This document shows positions 18,302 through 29,426 of a stretch of 43,471 bases of DNA, piece by piece. The position numbers and the translations under genes were made by a program. Source of the DNA: Synechococcus sp. (GTDB lineage Bacteria; Cyanobacteriota; Cyanobacteriia; Thermostichales; PCC-7336); assembly GCA_051439605.1 (NCBI GenBank), contig JBFRWN010000097.1:1-43471 (forward strand), given 5' to 3'. Under the pieces are notes generated by a model. It saw only the letters and a list, made by a program, of their open reading frames with translations. It was not told the origin of the DNA and ran no database searches. The stretch's first letter is position 1, and each line of letters opens with the position of its first letter.

Positions 18302-21007
18302 TCAGGACAGTTCATCCCTGCGGTAAAGGTTGGATTCTTGATGTTGTGTCAGCTTCTCGGCAGAAGCAGGACGCGGCTGGAGAGAGCCATCAAACACTTT
18401 GTAGCAGTTTCGGCCAGCGGTTTTGGCACAATACATCGCTGTATCTGCATCCTTGAGAATTTGAGTGGAGTTGTCGTATTGGGGGTGACCGATCGCGATT
18501 CCAATACTGGTCGTTGCGACTATCGTCCGGTCTCCAATCGTAAAAGGCTGAGCTAGAGAGTTCAGAATATGCTCGGCGGTTTGTAGGGCGCTGGTAGCAT
18601 CCCCCATGTCATCCAACAACACTGTAAATTCATCGCCACCGCGACGGGATACGGTATCCCCAGTACGCACGCATTGGCTCAGTCGCTGGGCAGTCTGCTG
18701 CAACAGGAGATCGCCAATGTGGTGCCCCAACGTATCGTTGACCGCCTTAAAGCGATCCAAGTCGAGGAAGAGTACCGCATAGCTGTAGTTGAGGCGGCGA
18801 CGGCTGCGTTCAAGCACCTGCCCAAGCCGATCGGTGAACAGCGACCGATTGGGCAATCCGGTCAGAGGATCGTGGAAGGCGTGAAAGCGCAGTTCTTCTT
18901 CAACCTGCTTGCGGGCGGTAATGTTCTCCACTGTGCCCACGTAGTAGAGCAGTTCACCGGCCTTGCTTTTGACCGCTCGTAAATTTTCGCTCACCCAAAA
19001 TGTTGTCCCATCTGGCCGCCGCACCTCTGCTTCGTAGGTTTCCACCGCATCTTGCGTCTCCAATTGAACCAGTAGTTCTTGTCGCCGTGGATAGTCGACA
19101 TACAGTTGCTGAGTGACGTTAGAAATCGAGTCCATCATGTCATTGGGGCTGCTGTAGCCATACATTTCTGCCAAAGCCGGGTTGGCTCCAATCAGCTTGC
19201 CTTCAGGGGCAATCTGAAAAATCCCCTCTAAGGCTTGCTCAAAAATACTGCGATATTTGGCCTCCGCTAGCTGCAATGCCTGCTGCGCTTGCTGACGCTC
19301 GGTGATGTCGCGGGCCACCCACAGGGCCGTTTGCTTGCTTGCTGGGGTAATGCGGCCTGCAAACCAAATTGTCCGGTCCTCCAGTTTGAGGGAATATTCA
19401 AAGTCTGTGGTCTTTCCGCGATCGATCGCAGTTTGGATGTAACCCAAGTAGAGGCTGAGTTCCGGTTCCTCAATGAAATCCTGCAGGAGTGTCCCCAAAA
19501 GTTCCTCTCGGGGGGCAATCAGCAACGAGGGGTTGGTGGGGGCAATGCCGACGTAACGCCCCTCGCGGTCGAATGTCAAAATCACTTCGGTCATGGCGGC
19601 GAAAATCGCCCGCATTTGCTGTGCCGCCGAGCGCAGCGCAGTGGTCCGCTCCTCCACTCGCTGTTCTAGCTGCTCGTTGCTGCGGGCGAGGCGATCGAAA
19701 TTCCCCAACAATTGCTGAGCTAATCCTTCAAATGAAGACGACAATACCTCCAGTTCTTTGACCGTACTTCTCGGCACCTTACGGTTGAGGGCGGCTGGTC
19801 CCCCTTCCGTCATCTCCCGAGCAGCATTGCTTAGGCGCAAAATTGGACGGGCAATCCAGCGGGCGGTCCAATGGCCCGTTAAAACCGCGATAGCCATGGC
19901 AATCAGAAAAATTGCGAAGGTGTCCCAAATGCTGTTGCGCACGTCGCCGATCAAATCGGAATGGGGGATGGTTACCACCATGAACCAATCCAAACCGCGG
20001 GCATCCCGTAGAGGGGTCACCTGCATAAACTGCTTACCCCCTTCTAGGGAAATCAGTTCTTGAAAGGGCTGAATGGCATCGTAGTCCCCAAACCGGTGCA
20101 GCAGGTAATCCCCCACCTCTTGCAGGTGCAGATTGCCGCTGTTATCGACGCGAAACGGGACGCGTTCTTCATTGGGAGCCAGCGAGTTAAACGTGACAAT
20201 TGAGCTGGCTACCACTTCCCCCCCTCGTCCCATCACGAAGGCGCGCCCGTTTTCTCCAATATTGAGATTCTGCAAAAAGTGATTGATCTGAGACAAGGTG
20301 ATGTCGATTGCCAACACCCCCTGTAGCTGCCCGTCTCCTGAGTAAATGGGAAGGGCGGGGGTAATCCCTAAAATGGGTTCAGCGGCAAAATAATAGAGGG
20401 GCGACCACGTCGGTCCCGCTGCTTCTATTGCAGCTTCATACCAGGGACGTTCTCGAGGGTCGTAGGGGGCAGTTTGAAGCAGCTGACCTCGTTTTCCTCG
20501 GGCATTCAGTTCGTAAATGTGGCGAATGGGGGCGGTATCTTCCGTCAACAGGTAGGTAAGGGCGCGGTCTCGCTCCTGCTTGACCAATACGAAGTGACCC
20601 GATTCATCTCCGTAATAGATGGTTTGGACGGGAACTTCCAGCTGGACCACCCGATAGAAGTAGTCTTCCAAGGCATCGAGGTCGGTGGGATCGATTTGGC
20701 CCGTGTCGATCGCCGCCTTTGTAATGTGCAGAAAGGTGTGGGGCAGGTTGGCGAAGCGCAGCAGGTGTTGCTCGATATTCGAGGTGACTTCGGAGCTCAG
20801 ATCCCGAGCCAAAGAATGAACTGCCCGCTGACCGTTGTAAAAAGACAGAGCACCAATCGACCCGGTGGCAATCAGAATTTGAATTAAAAACGGCCCCACC
20901 AACACCTGCTGGAGGGAAAATTTGGGTAGCTTTCTGCGCAGTTTTCGGGCGATCGCCAACATGCTTCCAATGGGGTGCATGTGACTAGAGTGCCGTAACC
21001 TCAGCAC
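18302..21007 (-). CDS. Membrane diguanylate cyclase (Cache-HAMP-PAS-PAS-GGDEF)
   Basis: Two TM segments around a Cache domain (YDPRERPWY), HAMP, two PAS domains, HDPLTGLPNR, DLDRFKAVND and GGDEF with an RxxD I-site (RTGD); no EAL domain; true start may be 20980 or 20962. Confidence 0.92.
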   Translation of the reverse strand: MLRLRHSSHMHPIGSMLAIARKLRRKLPKFSLQQVLVGPFLIQILIATGSIGALSFYNGQRAVHSLARDLSSEVTSNIEQHLLRFANLPHTFLHITKAAIDTGQIDPTDLDALEDYFYRVVQLEVPVQTIYYGDESGHFVLVKQERDRALTYLLTEDTAPIRHIYELNARGKRGQLLQTAPYDPRERPWYEAAIEAAGPTWSPLYYFAAEPILGITPALPIYSGDGQLQGVLAIDITLSQINHFLQNLNIGENGRAFVMGRGGEVVASSIVTFNSLAPNEERVPFRVDNSGNLHLQEVGDYLLHRFGDYDAIQPFQELISLEGGKQFMQVTPLRDARGLDWFMVVTIPHSDLIGDVRNSIWDTFAIFLIAMAIAVLTGHWTARWIARPILRLSNAAREMTEGGPAALNRKVPRSTVKELEVLSSSFEGLAQQLLGNFDRLARSNEQLEQRVEERTTALRSAAQQMRAIFAAMTEVILTFDREGRYVGIAPTNPSLLIAPREELLGTLLQDFIEEPELSLYLGYIQTAIDRGKTTDFEYSLKLEDRTIWFAGRITPASKQTALWVARDITERQQAQQALQLAEAKYRSIFEQALEGIFQIAPEGKLIGANPALAEMYGYSSPNDMMDSISNVTQQLYVDYPRRQELLVQLETQDAVETYEAEVRRPDGTTFWVSENLRAVKSKAGELLYYVGTVENITARKQVEEELRFHAFHDPLTGLPNRSLFTDRLGQVLERSRRRLNYSYAVLFLDLDRFKAVNDTLGHHIGDLLLQQTAQRLSQCVRTGDTVSRRGGDEFTVLLDDMGDATSALQTAEHILNSLAQPFTIGDRTIVATTSIGIAIGHPQYDNSTQILKDADTAMYCAKTAGRNCYKVFDGSLQPRPASAEKLTQHQESNLYRRDELS

Positions 21008-21086
21008 ACCTTGCAGAATTCTGGCTTTTTTTTAGGCTTCCTTTGCCATTCTTAAACGCCGCTCTCCGTGAGCCTTAACATTCTCT

Positions 21087-22037
21087 CTAGCTAGCCAGGT
21101 ACCCCTGCAAGTTTTCCTTGCTCTGACGCATTTTCTTAATTGCCGATCGCTCGATCTGGCGTACCCGCTCTGGACTGAGATTGAGAATGAGGGCAGCTTT
21201 TTTCAGGGTTAAGGGCTTAGCCCCCTCCAGACCAAAGCGCAGGCACAGCACCTGCTGTTCCTTTGGGGTCAGACGCTGCATCACCTGCTGCATATCTGCC
21301 TGCAGGCAGGTTTTGACAACATACTCTTCCGCCGATGCGCTGGTGTCCTCTAGCAGTTCCCCCAGTTCAGTATCACCGTTATCCCCGACGCGCACGTCTA
21401 ATGAGAGGGGAATGCGAGAGTAGCGCAGATATTTGCGCACATCTTCGGGGTCTACCTGGATTTCTGCCGCCAATTCCGGGATGGTGGCGGTGCGACCCAG
21501 CTGTTGCCCCAGCTTGCGCTGAGCTTTTTTGAGCTTATTGAGTTTTTCGACAATGTGTACTGGTAGGCGGATGGTGCGACTGGTTTGAGCAATCGCTCGG
21601 GTGATGGCCTGTCGAATCCACCAATAGGCATAGGTGGAGAAGCGATAGCCCTTGCCGGGGTCAAACTTTTCCACCCCCCGCTGCAGGCCAATGTTGCCTT
21701 CTTGAATCAAATCCAGAAAGTCCACATTGCGATTCAGATATTTCTTTGCCACCGAAACAACCAGACGGAGGTTCGCCTCCACCATTCGGCGTTTGGATCG
21801 CCGCCCCCTAGCCATCGCTTGTTTCAGTTCCATTTCCGAAAGTCCTGCGTTCTGGGCCCACTCTGTGGGGGTGGGCTCGCGATCGAGGTCGGTAACCAGC
21901 TGTTCCTTGATGCCCAATAGGGACATCATTTGCTGGACCTGTTGACCGAATTTGATTTCCTCTTCGTGGGTCAGCATGGGGATGCGGCCCATAGCTTGAA
22001 GGTAATCGCGGACGGTATCGGCTTTTGGAGTTCTCAT
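21087..22037 (-). CDS. Group 2 RNA polymerase sigma-70 factor, SigD/RpoD3-like
   Basis: [53 protein letters not shown] and ERVRQIE motifs; no region 1.1. Confidence 0.92.
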   Translation of the reverse strand: MRTPKADTVRDYLQAMGRIPMLTHEEEIKFGQQVQQMMSLLGIKEQLVTDLDREPTPTEWAQNAGLSEMELKQAMARGRRSKRRMVEANLRLVVSVAKKYLNRNVDFLDLIQEGNIGLQRGVEKFDPGKGYRFSTYAYWWIRQAITRAIAQTSRTIRLPVHIVEKLNKLKKAQRKLGQQLGRTATIPELAAEIQVDPEDVRKYLRYSRIPLSLDVRVGDNGDTELGELLEDTSASAEEYVVKTCLQADMQQVMQRLTPKEQQVLCLRFGLEGAKPLTLKKAALILNLSPERVRQIERSAIKKMRQSKENLQGYLAS

Positions 22038-22378
22038 GAGGTTGCGGCAGGTTGGATGTTACGAGGCGGGAAATTCCTGATGTTCGGGCGCATCAGCCAA
22101 TGGGGAGGTTGCTGGAAGAGTGCTTTTAGGTGAGGTCGCGCATCTTCGCTGTATTTGCTATGGCGTAGGCTGCTTCAGCAATACCGTTGATGTTGGAAAC
22201 GAACGAATAAAAACTTGGAGTCAAACATCCGCTGTTTAAGTAAGGGGACTGCATTCTCTGGAGAATGGTGCCCGAGCTTGACGATACCTTTTATTCGCTG
22301 TTGAGGATCGGGACGATCCAGGAGGGTGGCGATTTGCTGCAAGTTCATTCGAATGTATCGGTATCTCTCTCATCTATA

Positions 22379-22396
22379 TTTACATATCTTTACAGA
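22379..22396. promoter_or_regulatory. HLR1-like motif (RpaB site) upstream of the sigma factor
   Basis: TTTACATA-TC-TTTACAGA, one mismatch to the consensus, about 340 bp upstream of the start codon. Confidence 0.65.
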
Positions 22397-22632
22397 AACG
22401 GCGAATTGCGCTCCTGTCGGTCCTATAACGAGCGACCTCAGTGAGGATAGTTCAGCGCTCCAGAAGCCTGCCCAGGCAAATAAATCTGACTGAGCTAACT
22501 GAAATTGCGACAGTGATAGCTGCCGGATGGTTTGAAACTGTGGCTCAGGAATCGGGGGGTGGGTTGTGCGATCGATCCTGCGGTAGCTGAGGATTCGGTT
22601 GGGTAAATGGGGCGTCAGGCCAATATATAACG

Positions 22633-23403
22633 TTAGACAACGTAGTCCAGAACGTAATTCAGGGTTTGTTTTTTGAGGTAGCGCAGGGCCACGGCTGTTT
22701 CGCCAAATTTGACTGGATTATTTCTTTGGTAGGTCAACACGTTATCGATTTGTTTTTGGGTCAGCAGCTTGGCTGTTTTTAGGTACTGACCGATGGGCTC
22801 TTTTTTGGGGGTGTTGGGAAGATTGGGGAGGACTTCGGCGAAAAAGTCTGCAGTTTCTTGCTGGATCCATCCTCGCAGAGCCAGAATTTCGCCGATTTTG
22901 AGGTCTTCGCGGTACTTGGCATCATTCAGGGCCACCAGGATTTGGTTGGGGCGGACTAATCCTGCTTTGAGTAAGGCTTGGCCGAGGAGTGGAGGGGGGC
23001 TGGGGGGGGAAGACCTGAGGTCGTCTGGGTCGAGTAATGAGGAGGTGCTGGAGCACACCGGTTTAGGGGTTGGCTGGAGGACGGAGGGGGTGTGGCGGGG
23101 GCTAGGAGTTGGGTGAAGAGCGGCGCGGGTATTGCGTGGGTCGGGAATGGAGGGTGGGGGCGGAGGTGTGGGATTGGGGCGGGGGGATGAGGTTTCGTCC
23201 CACTGGTTAAGGATAACTTTGGCCAAATGGGGAGTTAACCCTTTGATTTTGCACAGGCTTTGGCGACTGATTTCTCGGCGTTTGCTAAGCGGGATGTCGG
23301 TGCGCGTCTTATAGAAGTGCTCGATGACTCGCAGGGGGTCTTTGACTTGCTTGCACCAGTCGGAGGATTTGAATGAAAGGAGGCCTGAAAATAAGGAAGC
23401 CAT
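22633..23403 (-). CDS. Hypothetical protein with a Pro-rich linker and degenerate MshEN-like repeats
   Basis: LLGQALLKAGLV, KIGEILALRGWI, PIGQYLKTAKLL and KFGETAVALRYL repeats after a Pro/Ser-rich tract. Confidence 0.75.
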   Translation of the reverse strand: MASLFSGLLSFKSSDWCKQVKDPLRVIEHFYKTRTDIPLSKRREISRQSLCKIKGLTPHLAKVILNQWDETSSPRPNPTPPPPPSIPDPRNTRAALHPTPSPRHTPSVLQPTPKPVCSSTSSLLDPDDLRSSPPSPPPLLGQALLKAGLVRPNQILVALNDAKYREDLKIGEILALRGWIQQETADFFAEVLPNLPNTPKKEPIGQYLKTAKLLTQKQIDNVLTYQRNNPVKFGETAVALRYLKKQTLNYVLDYVV

Positions 23404-23730
23404 TTCCTGCTTGCTCTAAGTTCTATTTCGACCCAATAAAAGTTTGCTATTTAGATACTATAACCTCAAGATTTGGATATGTATGTGAATGATTGTTTAA
23501 AAATAGAAAAATTGAGTATTTGTATCGAATTTTGCTAGCAGTTTTTATTCGCTTGAGAAAGCCTTCTCGTATAAAATTAATCCCTATGCTTTTTAAAAGT
23601 ATATCCTGAAGGGCTTTGTCTCTTGATTCACAGTGGCTTGCACTGATTTAGAGGGCCAATGCAGAATATCAAGGAAGAGTGCAGCCTTATTACTTTACTT
23701 GAGTTTTTGAACCAGGCCGAAAATGAACCT

Positions 23731-25782
23731 TCACGCTGGCTTCTGCCCCAGCAATCGCTGACGTAGCTTCTTGATTTTGTCGCGATAATCCGCTGCCGCT
23801 TCAAACTCAAGATTCGATGCAGCCTGTTTCATCTTCTCCTCGAACTGCTGAATCAAGTTGGGGATATCCTCCAGCGGAATCTCGGTCGACTGCTGGAACG
23901 CATCCTCCAATTGCCGATCGCTCAGCTTCCTCGAAATCGACAAGAATGACAAAATCGCATTGTTTGATTTTTTGACAATCGGCTTTGGGGTAATCTTGTG
24001 CTTTGTGTTGTACTCCAACTGAATCTTGCGACGACGCTCCGTCTCAGCGATCGCCTTCGCCATGCTGTCTGTCATATTGTCGGCATACATAATCACCCGA
24101 CCGTTCACGTGTCTTGCCGCCCGTCCAATGGTCTGAATAAGCGATCGCTCTGCCCGCAGAAACCCTTCTTTGTCGGCATCCAAAATCGACACCAGCGATA
24201 CTTCTGGTAGATCTAACCCCTCCCGTAAAAGGTTGACCCCCACCAGCACGTCGAACGCCCCCTCCCGCAAATCTTGCAGAATCTCGATGCGCTCGATCGA
24301 ATTGATCTCGGAATGAAGGTAGCGTACTCGTACCCCTCGCTCCTGGAAATACTCCGTCAGGTCCTCTGCCATCCGCTTCGTCAGCGTGGTGATTAGCGCG
24401 CGATCGCCCGCATCTACACAGGAAATAATTTCATCAAGTAGGTCATCTACCTGTCCCGCTGTTGGCCGCACCGAAACTTCGGGGTCCACCACCCCTGTCG
24501 GGCGAATCACCTGTTCTACCACTCGACCGGTGCCACTCACGTAAGCCTTAGTGTTTTCATCCAACTGCGCCTCGGAAACCTCCAGTTCCCAACTCCCCGG
24601 TGTCGCTGACACAAAAATCGCCTGCTTTACCATCCCCCAAAACTCTTCCGACTTAAGGGGACGATTATCTACTGCGCTGGGCAAGCGGAACCCGTGATCC
24701 ACCAACACCTGCTTGCGGGCGCGATCGCCGTTGTACATTCCCCTCAACTGAGGCACGGTCACGTGGGACTCGTCCGCTACCAACAGCCAATCTTTGTCCT
24801 GGAAATAGTTGACCAAGCAAGAAGGGGGCTCCCCTGGACTGCGCCCGGTTAGATGGCGGGAATAATTTTCAACACCGTTGCAGTACCCGACTTCCTCCAA
24901 CATTTCCAAGTCGTACTTGGTGCGCTGCTCCAACCGCTGCGCCTCCAGCAGCTTGCCAGACTCCTTAAATGCCTCCAACTGAGTTTCCAGCTCGGTGCGA
25001 ATTCCCTGAATCGCCGCCTCTAGCTTTTCCTCTGGCGTCACGAAATGTCGGGCAGGGTACAGCCGCATTGAGGTATTGCTTTGCAGAATTTCCCCTGTCA
25101 CCGGGTCAACCAGCCGAATCGCGTCAATTTCATCCCCAAAGAACTCCACGCGAATAATCCGGTCTTCGTAGGCGGGGACGACCTCCAGTACGTCACCCTT
25201 GAGGCGAAACTTCCCGCGAGACAGCTCCAAGTCATTGCGCTCGTACTGTACAGAGGCTAAATCCCGCAGCAGTTGACGCTGATTCTTTTCCTCCCCCACC
25301 TCAAACGGGATGGAGGCTTTCATGTATTCCTCCGGCATCCCCAAGCCATAAATGCAGCTAACGGAGGCCACCACAATCACGTCTTCCCGCTCGAACAGCG
25401 ATCGCGTGGCGGAGTGCCGCAACATATCGATCTCCTCGTTGATGGAGGAGGTTTTTGCAATGTAGGTATCGGTGACGGGAACGTAGGCTTCCGGTTGGTA
25501 ATAGTCGTAATAGCTGACAAAATATTCGACGGCATTATGGGGGAAAAACTCCCGCAGTTCGTTGCACAACTGGGCTGCCAGAGTCTTGTTGTGAGCCAGC
25601 ACCAACGTGGGTTTATTGACCTGCGCGATGGTGTGGGCGATCGAAAACGTTTTGCCTGTGCCTGTAGCCCCCAATAAGGTTTGAAATTGATGCCCTTGAT
25701 TCACGTTTTGAACCATTTCGGCGATCGCCTTTGGTTGATCCCCCATGGGCTCGTAATTGGATTCCAACTGATATCTCGACAC
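23731..25782 (-). CDS. uvrB: Excinuclease ABC subunit UvrB
   Basis: [34 protein letters not shown] and QTIGRAAR motifs plus a C-terminal UVR domain; GTG start behind GGGAG. Confidence 0.98.
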   Translation of the reverse strand: MSRYQLESNYEPMGDQPKAIAEMVQNVNQGHQFQTLLGATGTGKTFSIAHTIAQVNKPTLVLAHNKTLAAQLCNELREFFPHNAVEYFVSYYDYYQPEAYVPVTDTYIAKTSSINEEIDMLRHSATRSLFEREDVIVVASVSCIYGLGMPEEYMKASIPFEVGEEKNQRQLLRDLASVQYERNDLELSRGKFRLKGDVLEVVPAYEDRIIRVEFFGDEIDAIRLVDPVTGEILQSNTSMRLYPARHFVTPEEKLEAAIQGIRTELETQLEAFKESGKLLEAQRLEQRTKYDLEMLEEVGYCNGVENYSRHLTGRSPGEPPSCLVNYFQDKDWLLVADESHVTVPQLRGMYNGDRARKQVLVDHGFRLPSAVDNRPLKSEEFWGMVKQAIFVSATPGSWELEVSEAQLDENTKAYVSGTGRVVEQVIRPTGVVDPEVSVRPTAGQVDDLLDEIISCVDAGDRALITTLTKRMAEDLTEYFQERGVRVRYLHSEINSIERIEILQDLREGAFDVLVGVNLLREGLDLPEVSLVSILDADKEGFLRAERSLIQTIGRAARHVNGRVIMYADNMTDSMAKAIAETERRRKIQLEYNTKHKITPKPIVKKSNNAILSFLSISRKLSDRQLEDAFQQSTEIPLEDIPNLIQQFEEKMKQAASNLEFEAAADYRDKIKKLRQRLLGQKPA

Positions 25783-25876
25783 CGCTATCTCCCACCCATG
25801 CAACACCTCAATATTTCTTCATTATGGTCAATGGCTGAAAAAACGGTTGGACTGTTGTCGATACTGAGAGATCTGG

Positions 25877-26059
25877 TTAACCAGGCAGCTCTATCTGGAT
25901 CTCAAGCGGAGGTCTGGCACCATCCATTAGAGTCAAATCAATGGGGGCGGGTTTGAACTCGCCGCGAAAATCAAGTAATTGGACGAGCAGAAGATAACCA
26001 ATGCTGAGGATTAAGGCGAGTGCCCCCGTCACAATCGCAACCCATTTTGGCCTATCCAT
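25877..26059 (-). CDS. Small conserved cyanobacterial membrane protein
   Basis: MDRPKWVAIVTGALALILSIGYLLLVQLLDFRGEFKPAP; one TM segment; GAGG RBS. Confidence 0.75.
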   Translation of the reverse strand: MDRPKWVAIVTGALALILSIGYLLLVQLLDFRGEFKPAPIDLTLMDGARPPLEIQIELPG

Positions 26060-26219
26060 CGGTATCCTCTCATGCTGGACGGGTGAATCTTTACCACCAT
26101 AGTCTGACGTGCGATCGAGTCTCAATACAGGAGCTTTGGACAAAGACCTTTCGCTGAGAATCAGTTCAGTTCAGTACTCATTCAGTTCTAGTTCGAAATC
26201 GGTTCCTAGCAAGGCCGAG

Positions 26220-26882
26220 CTAGATTCTTTGCAACAGGCTTGGGCCGTGGGTATCGGTCCCGCAGGTGGTGTACAGCTGAAACTGACTAGCTAAATTGAG
26301 GGCTGTTTGGGTTTGTTTTGGGCTCGGGACCCAGGGAAATGGATTGCTGTAGTTGTAGTAGGCCTCAATCCCATCAATACCGACCGCTTGTGCAGCGGGA
26401 ACGAGCCGTTCGGCCGGACTGCGATAGCGGAAAGGATGCGCTAATACCGCCAGTCCCCCAGCCAAATGAATCGCTTCCACAACCGCAACAGCCTGGTATC
26501 CGGGGCCATCAACGGTGTGCCGTTTTAAATAGGGACGTAGCTGACGGGCATCGGGGTCAAAGCCATATCCCAAGATGTGGACTTCGCAGTCGTGGAGGAA
26601 GGCGTTGATTTCTATGCCCGTCCATATTTTGGGGTCGCTAAAGCGTAAATGCTGGCTTATTTCGCGGTAGCCCGCCAACGTATGGTGATCGGTGATAGCT
26701 AGCCCCTGCAGACCAATGTCGCGCGCCTGTTCTAACAGCTGTAGAGGGGCCAGACGACCATCCGAGCAGGTGGTGTGCATGTGGAAGTTGTAGTGCAACG
26801 GGCAGCTTTCTGGACCGATCTCATCCCAAACCCCCCGAAGTTCTGCGGGGGTTGGCGCGGCTGCAACCGTTGTTCTCATCAT
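26220..26882 (-). CDS. PHP domain metal-dependent phosphoesterase
   Basis: HMHTTCSDG, AITDHH, HILGY, LAHP and GTDTHG motifs. Confidence 0.92.
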   Translation of the reverse strand: MMRTTVAAAPTPAELRGVWDEIGPESCPLHYNFHMHTTCSDGRLAPLQLLEQARDIGLQGLAITDHHTLAGYREISQHLRFSDPKIWTGIEINAFLHDCEVHILGYGFDPDARQLRPYLKRHTVDGPGYQAVAVVEAIHLAGGLAVLAHPFRYRSPAERLVPAAQAVGIDGIEAYYNYSNPFPWVPSPKQTQTALNLASQFQLYTTCGTDTHGPSLLQRI

Positions 26883-27080
26883 GCCTATTGCCTCTGGCGA
26901 ATTGAACGTTAGCGGTTAAATATCTTTCCTACACATTTATTAATATCCAGTCTACCCATTTTCGTCTGTTCACTGCTACCACTCTCGTCGGCAGGTTTTT
27001 CTTCGATACTGAGGATTGCCGCCTGCCGTTTCCAGAAGTCAACGTCCATGTGCGGGACGGTTTTGTTTCACTCTGAAGCT

Positions 27081-28169
27081 TTAGTCTCCTAAACAAATGC
27101 CCATTCCCCTGGCGGTGTGAATCAACGTATCTGCACAATCCACGCATCCGTAGCTTTCGATCGCCTTGGAAATCGGAATCACTTCCACCCCTCGGTTGCA
27201 CCATCCCACCATGCAATCGAATTTTTCTTCCGCAATCAGGTCGACTGCTTTGACACCAAATGCAGTTGCGACTAGGCGATCGGTGGCAGAAGGGGTCCCA
27301 CCCCGTTGCAGGTGGCCCAAGACGGTGACTCGACCCTCTACATCTGTCATCTGCGAAATTTGTTCGCAGATGAAATTACCAATCCCTCCGAGTCGGGGGA
27401 GACCGCTGCGATGTAACTGTTGGGCGACCGTTTCCCCTCGGATATTTTTAACCCCCTCCGCTACCACCGCCAATGTGTAGGCCAGTCCCCGTTTTTGTCG
27501 ATCGAGGATCTTGGCGCAGACCTTGTCCATGTCGTAGGGGATTTCGGGAATCAAAATAATTTTGGCCCCACCTGCAATCCCAGAACGAAGGGCAATATGA
27601 CCGGCGTCTCGCCCCATCACTTCTAGAATCATCACTCGTCGGTGGCTCTCGGCAGTTGTACGAAGGCGATCCAGGGCTTCGGTAGCAACGTTGACCGCTG
27701 TTGAAAATCCGATCGCCACCTCCGTACCTGCCAGATCGTTATCGATGGTTTTGGGAATGGCCACCAGATTCATACCCGGCTCAATCTGGGACAACTTGCG
27801 CATAATGGCCAGGCTGCCATCCCCACCAATCACCACCAGAGCACTCAATCCCAGTTTGTGATAAGCCTCAACGACATCTTTGGAGCGATCGCATAGATTG
27901 CCATTACTGTCGGGGTAGGCAAAGGGATCGCCATAGTTGGTGGTTCCTAACATCGTTCCCCCTAGATGCAACTTGCCGATGACGCTCTCTAAAGTGAGGG
28001 GGACAATGCCGGTCGGGTTGCTTAACAGCCCGTGGGTGGCATTGAGGATTCCCAACACCTCCCAGCCATAGCCGTGAATGGCTCGCTGGACGACAGCTCG
28101 AATGGCCGCATTCAGACCTGCACAGTCTCCACCGCTAGTCATGACACCAACCCGTCGCGTGCCATCCAT
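27081..28169 (-). CDS. pfkA: 6-phosphofructokinase (PfkA family)
   Basis: TSGGDCAGLNA, GGDGS, PKTIDND, EVMGRDAG and LGHLQRGG motifs. Confidence 0.95.
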   Translation of the reverse strand: MDGTRRVGVMTSGGDCAGLNAAIRAVVQRAIHGYGWEVLGILNATHGLLSNPTGIVPLTLESVIGKLHLGGTMLGTTNYGDPFAYPDSNGNLCDRSKDVVEAYHKLGLSALVVIGGDGSLAIMRKLSQIEPGMNLVAIPKTIDNDLAGTEVAIGFSTAVNVATEALDRLRTTAESHRRVMILEVMGRDAGHIALRSGIAGGAKIILIPEIPYDMDKVCAKILDRQKRGLAYTLAVVAEGVKNIRGETVAQQLHRSGLPRLGGIGNFICEQISQMTDVEGRVTVLGHLQRGGTPSATDRLVATAFGVKAVDLIAEEKFDCMVGWCNRGVEVIPISKAIESYGCVDCADTLIHTARGMGICLGD

Positions 28170-28367
28170 GCCTACCGTCCCGATTGTTAAAAAGTCCCGT
28201 AAGCTTGTTTGTACCGAATTCGAGCAAGTCTAAGCCTAGATTTGAGATTTTTTTAAGTAAAGAACGACTGAGCTATCTTGAATGAATACTCGATGTTATG
28301 AAAGCTCAACATATGTGAAATTCGGCATCCTAATGCGTCAGTCCAGCGACCTTCACCCGCACAATTC

Positions 28368-29333
28368 ATGACCAGCAGCGAACCCCTCACCCCCCAAGAT
28401 GTGTCACCCCCTATTTCCGGATTGCTGCCAAAAGCACCCCAGGGGTTTCGGTCGGGGTTTGTGGCATTAGTCGGTCGTCCAAACGTGGGTAAATCCACCA
28501 TCCTGAATGGGTTGGTGGGCCAAAAAATTGCCATTACCTCCCCTGTGGCTCAAACCACCCGCAACCGGCTACAGGGCATTTTGACGCTGCCTCAAGCTCA
28601 GATCGTTTTAGTGGACACACCCGGGATTCACAAACCCCACCATCGACTGGGGGAAGCCTTGGTCAATACTGCCCGCAATGCGCTGAATAGCGTGGATGTG
28701 GTCGTACTCGTGGTGGATGGGTCGGAAATGGCTGGCAAGGGCGATCGCTTCATTGCCAACTGGCTATCTGCAGACGTGCCTAGGATCTTGTGTCGCAACA
28801 AGCAAGACCTACTGCCAGAGGATCGGAGCAAGCAAGAGGCGATCGCTAAGAGCTATACAGAGATGCTGCCGCAGGCGACTGATATTGCAATCTCTGCGTT
28901 GGATGAAGATACCTTGGAGCCGTTGATGCAGGCGATCGCATCGAAGCTCCCTGAAGGCCCGTACTATTACCCCCCGGACCTGGTTACCGATCGCCCCGAG
29001 CGATTCATTATGGGGGAACTGATTCGAGAACAGATTCTGCACCATACCCGCAACGAGGTGCCCCATTCAGTAGCCATCACCATCGATCGCGTGGAGGAAA
29101 GCCCCAAGATTACGCGGATTTTGGCAACAGTCATTGTGGAACGGGATTCTCAAAAGGGAATCTTGATTGGGAAGCGAGGGCAGATGCTGAAAACCATTGG
29201 CAGTGGGGCCAGGCAGCAAATTCAAAAGTTGATTGTTGGCAACGTGTATCTGGAACTGTTTGTGAAGGTGCGACCAAAGTGGCGTCAATCGGCTGGGCTG
29301 CTTGCCGAATTAGGGTATCGCGAGGATGAGTAG
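28368..29333 (+). CDS. era: GTPase Era
   Basis: GRPNVGKST, QTTR, DTPG and NKQD motifs; KH domain with ILIGKRG. Confidence 0.97.
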   Translation: MTSSEPLTPQDVSPPISGLLPKAPQGFRSGFVALVGRPNVGKSTILNGLVGQKIAITSPVAQTTRNRLQGILTLPQAQIVLVDTPGIHKPHHRLGEALVNTARNALNSVDVVVLVVDGSEMAGKGDRFIANWLSADVPRILCRNKQDLLPEDRSKQEAIAKSYTEMLPQATDIAISALDEDTLEPLMQAIASKLPEGPYYYPPDLVTDRPERFIMGELIREQILHHTRNEVPHSVAITIDRVEESPKITRILATVIVERDSQKGILIGKRGQMLKTIGSGARQQIQKLIVGNVYLELFVKVRPKWRQSAGLLAELGYREDE

Positions 29334-29426
29334 CTTCGCGCCCATAGCCCCTTCGTATTGCTGAGAAAAGTACAGCGAACCGTTGCAGAAATCTCCAACG
29401 GCATGGGTTGACTCCCAAAATGCTCG

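Noticed and set aside
22985..23195. G-rich runs as a DNA repeat or G-quadruplex element
   Set aside because: They are explained by Pro codons of the minus-strand linker
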